Source: a virus (Duplodnaviria; Heunggongvirae; Uroviricota; Caudoviricetes). From it: a stretch of 35,739 nucleotides of DNA. Shown in pieces: positions 29,129 to 35,739 of this stretch. The stretch lies in the IMG/VR virus record IMGVR_UViG_3300022758_000287. One strand, given 5' to 3'. The notes beneath the pieces are model-generated. The model worked only from the letters and a program-made list of their open reading frames with translations, was not told where the DNA came from and searched no databases. Each line of letters starts with the position of its first letter. Position 1 is the stretch's first letter. Made by a program: the position numbers and the translations under genes.

Positions 29129-32100
29129 TCAACTGATACTGATACCGGCTGTAGATTTCTTCATCACAACAACAAGAAGGTCGCTGATACTGGTCGTTGG
29201 CGTCCAGTTATTAGCACCATATGAAGAAACATTGAAAGTCAGGGTGACATGGCCGTGTCCGGCAGGCATATCAATGACTGATGAAAATACCCTGCTGACA
29301 TCCGTCGCGGGTTGCTGAAAGATTTCCTGTCCGTTCTTCAGTACCTGCAGCTTACAGGTTGAATACCAGTATGACTGTTGGTTGTTGCTGTTGAAGTTTT
29401 CATGCTTACCCCCACGAAACAGAACGGGGGGGACTACTATCTGACGGTCAAAAGCCTGGTCATCGTACACAGTGACCGTTATTGTACCGCTGGCATAACT
29501 GCCATTTCTCGGAAAGGCTTTTCCCACCGCTTTGACAATATCACCTTCAATCTGGTTAGCTGACAGTTTTCCCAGAATCCGACAGTTCTGATTAATCGTG
29601 ACGTTGTTGAGCGTCCCGGAGTTCGCGTTCACGTTACCGCTGATATCCGCATTTTTCGCAGAAAGTCGACCATCAGGTGTCAGTGAAAACGTTGGGGGAT
29701 TGCCACCGCTGGTAATGGTGGGAGCCGTCAGATATTTCAGGAACACTTCGTTCATGAATATCTGATCGCCCTGCCCAACAAACATCGGCTTTGTGTTGCC
29801 ATTCGCAGGATTAATCATCGCAATCCTGTCCGCCGCCAGCAGCACCTGACTCTGCATACCGTCAGGAGTATTCTCAACACCGGCACCAATACCCGCGATA
29901 TAAAGGCGTCCGTCCTGCATCTGCTGCAGCTTCACAGCCCACATGCTGTTCAGGTTATTATTTGTATCAACCTGAACCTTCTGTATCTGCTGGATCGCTG
30001 CACTCTGGTCTTCCAGTTTCTTATTGACGGTCTGCGTGATTTCATTGCTGACACCCGTAATGGACGTCCTGATTTCAGCCAGGTCAGGCGCAAGCTGACC
30101 GTTATCAATCTGCGTCCACAACTCCTGAGCCAGATGGGTTTTCCCTATCTCTCCTTTGAAAAAATTCAGATAGCCGGATGCATCATCACTCGGCTGGCCA
30201 ACAGCCTCCACAAATGCCGATTTGCCAACGGTGTTCACACTGCGGATGTAAAAATAATAATCATGGCCCGGTTTGATATTGATACTGGCGGCTATCCAGT
30301 ACAGCGCCGTGCCAAGATAGCGTGCTGTGGTTTCAACCTGCCTGATATCCGCAATCCGCTTTTCCGAGAACCAGAACTCAAACTGTACCGTCGGATCATA
30401 AACCGCAAGATGCGGCGTGGCGGTTATCTGAAAATACCCCGGTGTCAGCTCAATCTGCGACGGCGCTGCCGGTGCGGCAATCCGGAACGATACCGATGCC
30501 GGATCGCCCTGCTGCCCCCACGCATTTACCGCCCGGACTGTCAGCCTGTAGTTCCCCAGCGCCAGTTGCCTGAAGCGGTATGTGGTTTCCGTCGTCCGGG
30601 CCGTGCTGGCCAGCCGCTCACTGCCGTCATCCGCTGCCACGGTCAGGCGAAGCATAAAGCTCACCCCCTTCACCACCTTCGGCGTGTCCCAGCGCGCCAG
30701 CACCTGATATTCCCCGCTGTCTGCGGTGACTTCGGCAGTCAGGTGCTGCACCGCTGGCGGCGTGACACCATTCACCGTGCCGCTCTGGTCGCCGTCAAAG
30801 TGCGCCCCGTTATCCACGATGGCCTCTTTTTCCGGTACATGCTGCACGGCAGTGATGGCATACGTGCCGTCATCGTTCTCACGGATACTCACACAGCGGA
30901 ACAGGCGCTGGCGCAACGTCGGCAACTTCAGCCCCCACACGCTGTATTCTGCAACGCCGTCAGGAACACGGCTCACTTTTACCTTCACGCCGTCGGTGAC
31001 GGACTGGACCTCCACGCTGACCGGATTCCCCTGTCCGTCAGCCAGGCTTATCAGCGTGGTGCCGGAGGATGGCAGCGTGATTTCACGGTCGAGCGTCAGT
31101 GTCCGCGTCTGGTTGTTCACCGCCAGCACGCGCCCGCCGATGCTGATCCCCGCATAGTCATCATCACAGATTTCAATGACATCGCCCGGTACATGGCGAA
31201 GCCCTTCTGCACCCACGCTGAAGTCCACGGTCTGCGTTTCCAGCAGTTCCGTTTTAATCAGCCACAGCCCGGCGCGGTGTGCCTGCCCCCGGCTGGTACA
31301 GCCAAAAGCATCCATCTTCGTGACGTTACGACCGTAACGGGCAATGGCCTGCGTATCCTCCACAAGCTCTGTCGCCGTCTCCCAGCCGTTGTCCGGGTCA
31401 ATCCAGTTCACCTCAACGGCATTATGGCGGTCTTTCAGGGCGCTGAAGCTGTAGCGGAACGGCGCGCCATCATCCGGCATCACCACATTACTGCGGTTAT
31501 AGGTCCACACCTTATCCGACGGTCGGTCCTGCACGAACGTCAGCGTCTGCCCGTTCCATACCGGCATACAGCGCATCGCCGAGCAGAAATCACTGAGCAC
31601 ATCCCACGCCTTGCGCTGTGTGGTCAGGTACGCATTACAGGTGATGCGCGGCTCCGTGCCGCCAAAGCCGTCCGGCACTGACTGGTCGCAGTACTGGCCG
31701 ATGACATACAGCGCCCATTTGTCCACATCCGCCGCACCAAGACGTTTCCCCATGCCGTAGCGCGGGTGGGTCAGCATATCCCACAGACACCAGGCCATGT
31801 TGTTGCTGTATGCTGGTTTTAACGTTCCGTCCCAGATACCGCTGTATTGCCGCGTCTGCGGGTTATAATTCGACGGCACCTGCAGAATACGCCCGCGCAG
31901 ATGATAATTACGGCTCACCTGCTGGCTGCCGAACTGCTCCGAATCCACCTGCACGCCGACCAGTGCCGTGTTCGGGTAGCACTGTTTCACATCGATGATT
32001 TCGGTGTATGACGACCAGAGCGTTTTGTTCTGCAGCTGGTCTGTGGTGCTGTCCGGTGTCATCCTGCGCATCCGGATATTGAACGGGCGCGGAGGCAGGT

Positions 32101-32611
32101 TATCCACCACCACCGAGGCCAGATACTGCGAGGTGGTTTTGCCCTTAATGGTGATGTCTTTTTCCGTCACCCAGCCACCGTTACGCTGTATCTGAACCAG
32201 CAGGCGAACTTCCGACGGATTCCTGTCTCCCTTTGAGGTGGTTTCCACCAGTGCCTGCACGCCGAAAGTAAAACGCAGACGGTCAATGTTTGCCGACGTG
32301 ATGGTCCGGGTGATCGGCGTGTCATATTTCACTTCTGTACCGAGCACCGTCTCGGAGCCGGAGGATTCAAATCCCTCCGGCGGTGTCTGCTCCTGCTCAC
32401 CGGCCCGGAACACCACCGTGACGCCGAATATATTGGTATTCCCCTCACTGTCCAGCACCGGCGTACTGTTCAGCAGCACGCTTTTTAATCCATCCACCGG
32501 ACCTTCAACCGGCCCTTCGCTGATGGCGTCTATCACGCTCAGCATCTGGGATGATTTCAGGTTGTCCTTCGCTTCGCGCGGGGTATGCCCCTTACTGCTG
32601 CCTTTACCCAT
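29129..32611 (-). CDS. J: Host specificity / central tail fibre protein J
   Basis: 1160 aa, N-terminal ~1000 aa near-identical to lambda J; C-terminal receptor-binding region divergent. Confidence 0.95.
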   Translation of the reverse strand: MGKGSSKGHTPREAKDNLKSSQMLSVIDAISEGPVEGPVDGLKSVLLNSTPVLDSEGNTNIFGVTVVFRAGEQEQTPPEGFESSGSETVLGTEVKYDTPITRTITSANIDRLRFTFGVQALVETTSKGDRNPSEVRLLVQIQRNGGWVTEKDITIKGKTTSQYLASVVVDNLPPRPFNIRMRRMTPDSTTDQLQNKTLWSSYTEIIDVKQCYPNTALVGVQVDSEQFGSQQVSRNYHLRGRILQVPSNYNPQTRQYSGIWDGTLKPAYSNNMAWCLWDMLTHPRYGMGKRLGAADVDKWALYVIGQYCDQSVPDGFGGTEPRITCNAYLTTQRKAWDVLSDFCSAMRCMPVWNGQTLTFVQDRPSDKVWTYNRSNVVMPDDGAPFRYSFSALKDRHNAVEVNWIDPDNGWETATELVEDTQAIARYGRNVTKMDAFGCTSRGQAHRAGLWLIKTELLETQTVDFSVGAEGLRHVPGDVIEICDDDYAGISIGGRVLAVNNQTRTLTLDREITLPSSGTTLISLADGQGNPVSVEVQSVTDGVKVKVSRVPDGVAEYSVWGLKLPTLRQRLFRCVSIRENDDGTYAITAVQHVPEKEAIVDNGAHFDGDQSGTVNGVTPPAVQHLTAEVTADSGEYQVLARWDTPKVVKGVSFMLRLTVAADDGSERLASTARTTETTYRFRQLALGNYRLTVRAVNAWGQQGDPASVSFRIAAPAAPSQIELTPGYFQITATPHLAVYDPTVQFEFWFSEKRIADIRQVETTARYLGTALYWIAASINIKPGHDYYFYIRSVNTVGKSAFVEAVGQPSDDASGYLNFFKGEIGKTHLAQELWTQIDNGQLAPDLAEIRTSITGVSNEITQTVNKKLEDQSAAIQQIQKVQVDTNNNLNSMWAVKLQQMQDGRLYIAGIGAGVENTPDGMQSQVLLAADRIAMINPANGNTKPMFVGQGDQIFMNEVFLKYLTAPTITSGGNPPTFSLTPDGRLSAKNADISGNVNANSGTLNNVTINQNCRILGKLSANQIEGDIVKAVGKAFPRNGSYASGTITVTVYDDQAFDRQIVVPPVLFRGGKHENFNSNNQQSYWYSTCKLQVLKNGQEIFQQPATDVSRVFSSVIDMPAGHGHVTLTFNVSSYGANNWTPTTSISDLLVVVMKKSTAGISIS

Positions 32612-32671
32612 TCGTCATGCTCCATAAACGATAAAACCGCCCGGAGGCGGTTTCACATAAAACATTTTGCA

Positions 32672-33343
32672 TCAGCGACCAATCACCACAACCTGACCAC
32701 CATCCCCTTCGTCTGCCGTGCTGATCTCCTGAGAAACCACGCGTGACCCCACGCGCATTTCACCGTACAGAACCGGCAGAACATTGCCCTGGGCAACCAT
32801 GTTATCCAGTGAGGAGAAATAGGTGTTCTGTTTGCCGTTATCCGTTGTCTGTGTACGGGGAGTTCTGGCTTTCGGTGCCAGCATCTGCGCCACACCACCG
32901 AGCACCATACTGGCACCGAGAGAAAACAGGATGCCGGTCATACCACCGGCCCCAATGGCTGCCCCCCATGCTGCAAGGGTGGCTCCGGCAGTAAAGAATG
33001 ATCCGGCAATGGCGGCTGCTCCCAGGACAATCTGGAATACGCCACCTGACTTGGCCCCGGCGACTCTGGGAACAATATGAATCACAGCGCCATCAGGCAG
33101 AGTCTCATGTAACTGCGCCGTTAACCCGGACGTGCTGACGTCCCGCCCGGCAATCCGTACCTGATACCAGCCGTCGCTCAGTTTCTGACGAAACGCCGGG
33201 AGCTGTGTGGCCAGTGCGCGGATGGCTTCAGCCCCCGTTTTCACACGAAGGTCGATGCGGCGGCCAAATCGTTGCAAATCCCCGTAAAGGCAGATGCGCG
33301 CCATGCCCGGTGACGCCAGAGGGAGTGTGTGCGTCGCTGCCAT
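32672..33343 (-). CDS. I: Tail assembly protein I
   Basis: 223 aa matching lambda I. Confidence 0.9.
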   Translation of the reverse strand: MAATHTLPLASPGMARICLYGDLQRFGRRIDLRVKTGAEAIRALATQLPAFRQKLSDGWYQVRIAGRDVSTSGLTAQLHETLPDGAVIHIVPRVAGAKSGGVFQIVLGAAAIAGSFFTAGATLAAWGAAIGAGGMTGILFSLGASMVLGGVAQMLAPKARTPRTQTTDNGKQNTYFSSLDNMVAQGNVLPVLYGEMRVGSRVVSQEISTADEGDGGQVVVIGR

Positions 33344-33984
33344 TTGTCGGTATACCTCTCTCGTTTGCTCAGTTGTTCAGGAATATGGTGCAGCAGCTCG
33401 CCATCACCACAGTAAATGGCGGCATGATTCGGCACCGATGAACCAAAACAGCACAGCAGCACATCGCCCGGTTGTGCTGATGACAACGGCACCTGATACA
33501 GCCCTGTGGCCTCCAGATTATCCAGATAGAGATTCTGGCCGTTACGCCACCAGTCATCCTCACGATGAAAGTCCGGCATCTCAATCCCCGCCAGATGGTA
33601 AGCGTCCCGGAACAGCGTGTAACAGTCCGTCACCCCGTGCTCAAAGCGCCGCCCGGTGAGATGCGGCACACAGCGGAACTTATGAATCGCCCCCCGGCAG
33701 ACCAGCCACCACGGCAAATCACTCTGCACCTGCAGCCGCCGGTCGGCCTCACTCAGCCAGGGCAGACCACCGGGATGACTGTGGACCAGCGCCACAATCT
33801 CACCCTGCATCTCTGCCTGCAGCCAGTCCTCCGGAGCCATCCGGAAATACGCCTCCGGCTCACCGGAGATATTCACGCAGGGAAAATATCTTTCCCCCTC
33901 CGGCGCTCTCACCACGAAGCCGCACGACTCCGCTGGCGCACATCGCCGGGCATGCGCCAGAATCGCTGATTCTGTCTCTGTCAT
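33241..33984 (-). CDS. K: Tail assembly protein K (JAB/MPN plus NlpC/P60 domains)
   Basis: 247 aa matching lambda K, including the HSHP metalloprotease motif. Confidence 0.9.
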   Translation of the reverse strand: MTETESAILAHARRCAPAESCGFVVRAPEGERYFPCVNISGEPEAYFRMAPEDWLQAEMQGEIVALVHSHPGGLPWLSEADRRLQVQSDLPWWLVCRGAIHKFRCVPHLTGRRFEHGVTDCYTLFRDAYHLAGIEMPDFHREDDWWRNGQNLYLDNLEATGLYQVPLSSAQPGDVLLCCFGSSVPNHAAIYCGDGELLHHIPEQLSKRERYTDKWQRRTHSLWRHRAWRASAFTGICNDLAAASTFV

Positions 33985-33989
33985 GGGAT

Positions 33990-34690
33990 TTACTGCGAAA
34001 GTTTGTTAATGGAAAGGAAGCCGCCAAAGTTGCCGACGTTATTGCGAAACTTACAGCCGCTCAGGCATTTGCTGCATTTATCCTTCGTGATATCGGAAGT
34101 CGGCTGATCATATTCATCCGCGACCGCCGGACCGTGATAACCGCACTCATCACCGCGATAGGTCCAGGTGCAGGTATTAGCCAGCATGATGCGCCCCCGG
34201 AAAAAACGGCACCATCCGTTTCCGTCGGTGTGGACAGTACAAAGGAGGCACTGACCGCACTCAGTTCGCTGCACTGCTCGATGCGCCAGCGGCTGATCAC
34301 CTCCTGCTCCGGATCGGCGTCGCTGTTTCCGTTGACGAAGTTCACCGCATCCAGAAAACGGGCGTAAACCTTACGCCTGACCACCGTTCCGCCGACCAGA
34401 CTCTGCAGATCTTCCACCATCCCGGTGACCATACCGTACAGGTTAGAAACCGTCAGCGTGGGGCGCGTACTGGTGCCTTTGCCATTCAGTTCAAAACCAC
34501 TCCCCTGAATGGGATACGGCTGATACTGTCGCCCCTGCCAGGTGACCGGCTCACCTTTTTCGTTCTGCTCATTACAGAAAAAATAACGTTCTCCACCGAC
34601 CTCTGTCAGATCGATTTCCCAGAGCACCACGCTGGCCGACTGCTCCGCACGGGTGCATTCATTCAATGTTTCCTGCCGGATATCCTGCAT
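33990..34690 (-). CDS. L: Tail tip protein L, interrupted by two adjacent +1 insertions
   Basis: N-terminal ~170 aa and C-terminal ~60 aa both match lambda L in different frames; switch at the adjacent C5 and A6 runs 34194-34206. Confidence 0.85.
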
Positions 34691-35019
34691 CAGTTCACCA
34701 CCTGTTCAAACTCTGCGCTGAACTCAACACGCAGCATACTGACCCGCGACGACCATTTTGCGCAGGTCACCTTTATCTGCCTGTAACCATAAGGCGGCGT
34801 CCACAGAAAGGCCTTCCAGCCCCCGTGCTCAGCCAGAAACGACTCCAGCGCCGTGGCCTCCTCACGGGAGACAGACAGCGTCACGCTGTACGTTTTCAGG
34901 TCAGCGTTCAGCCCGGCAGGCGCACGCTGGGAATAGCCATCACCAAAGCGCACCTCCCTGACGGAAGGAGCCGATGTCACATCCATCCCGGGTTTCACTT
35001 TCCAGCGGAAGGTTTTCAT
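34690..35019 (-). CDS. M: Tail tip protein M
   Basis: 109 aa matching lambda M. Confidence 0.9.
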   Translation of the reverse strand: MKTFRWKVKPGMDVTSAPSVREVRFGDGYSQRAPAGLNADLKTYSVTLSVSREEATALESFLAEHGGWKAFLWTPPYGYRQIKVTCAKWSSRVSMLRVEFSAEFEQVVN

Positions 35020-35739
35020 CGTCCACCTCCGGAGAACAGACCACCATCGCGCATCTGTGCCTGGATTTCATCACGGGCACCCTTGCGGGCCATGTCATAC
35101 ACCGCCTTCATCATCTGTGGACCTGGCAGACCATTCGTACCGTCGTTCTGAATCACCACGTTGTTGTTCTGCTCAAACCTGATACCCTCTGAACGCCGCA
35201 TTTGCGCCGGACTTCCGGTGCCACCGACATAACCGCCGGTGGCATAGCCGCGCATCAGCCGGTAGAGATTTCCCACGCCAATCCGGCTGGTTGCCTCCTT
35301 CGTGAAGACAAATTCACCACGGTGAACAATCCCCGCTGGCTCATATTTGCCGCCGGTTCCCGTAAATCCTCCGGTTGCAAAATGGAGTTTCGCCGCAGCG
35401 GCCTGAATGGCTGTACCGCCTGACGCGGATGCGCCGCCACCAACAGCCCCGCCAATAGCGCTGCCGATACTCCCGACAATCCCCACCATTGCCTGCTTAA
35501 GCAGAATTTCTGTCATCATGGACAGCACGGAACGGGTGAAGCTGCGCCAGTTCTGTTCACTGCCGGTCAGCATCGCCGCCATATTCTGCGCAATACCATC
35601 AAAGGTCTGCGTGGCAGCACTTTTAACCTGCGACATACTGTCCGTGGCACTCTCTTCCCACTCACTCCAGCCGGACTTCAGGCCTGCCATCCAGTTCCCG
35701 CGAAGCAGGTCTTCAGCCGCCCAGGTCTTTTTCTGCTCT
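35016..35739 (-). CDS. H: Tape measure protein H, 3' part only (5' end beyond the window)
   Basis: Matches the C-terminal region of lambda H; ORF runs off the window end. Confidence 0.9.
   Translation of the reverse strand, partial: EQKKTWAAEDLLRGNWMAGLKSGWSEWEESATDSMSQVKSAATQTFDGIAQNMAAMLTGSEQNWRSFTRSVLSMMTEILLKQAMVGIVGSIGSAIGGAVGGGASASGGTAIQAAAAKLHFATGGFTGTGGKYEPAGIVHRGEFVFTKEATSRIGVGNLYRLMRGYATGGYVGGTGSPAQMRRSEGIRFEQNNNVVIQNDGTNGLPGPQMMKAVYDMARKGARDEIQAQMRDGGLFSGGGR

Noticed and set aside
30134-31681. 515-aa plus-strand ORF
   Set aside because: Lies entirely antisense to the strongly conserved J gene; Arg/Cys/His-rich composition typical of a spurious antisense frame in GC-rich coding DNA.

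Overview
This window reads as a near-complete segment of a lambdoid temperate phage, a lambda / phage-21 / DLP12-like mosaic, laid out in vegetative (attP) order and reverse-complemented relative to the usual lambda map. From low to high coordinates: bor and the lysis cassette (pinholin S, SAR endolysin R, Rz/Rz1) on the minus strand; an nmpC-type porin moron; Q antiterminator; nin region (ylcG, rusA, ybcO remnant, ninE, Dam-like methyltransferase, ninB); ren, P, O with ori iterons; cII, cro, cI; the pL operon on the plus strand (N, orf28, ral remnant, cIII, kil, gam, bet, exo, ea-region genes, xis, int); an attP region carrying the 3' 165 nt of icd; b-region cargo (an orphan gene and sitABCD with Fur and MntR boxes); then tail genes on the minus strand (tail fibre, J, I, K, L, M, partial H). 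No host flanking DNA, tRNA, CRISPR array or IS element was seen. Two themes stand out. First, the rexAB slot downstream of cI holds an AT-rich two-gene cassette with no homology I can recognise; together with an orphan b-region gene and a 100-aa ORF at a nin-region mosaic junction, these are the best candidates for an undescribed accessory or defence function. Second, many conserved genes (O, cI, L, bor, ral, the GamL extension, an ea-region gene, probably the sitA start) are interrupted by 1-2 nt indels, mostly in homopolymer runs. That pattern looks more like sequencing or assembly error than like decay, but it cannot be settled without reads. All homology calls are from recollection of protein sequences, not from a database search.
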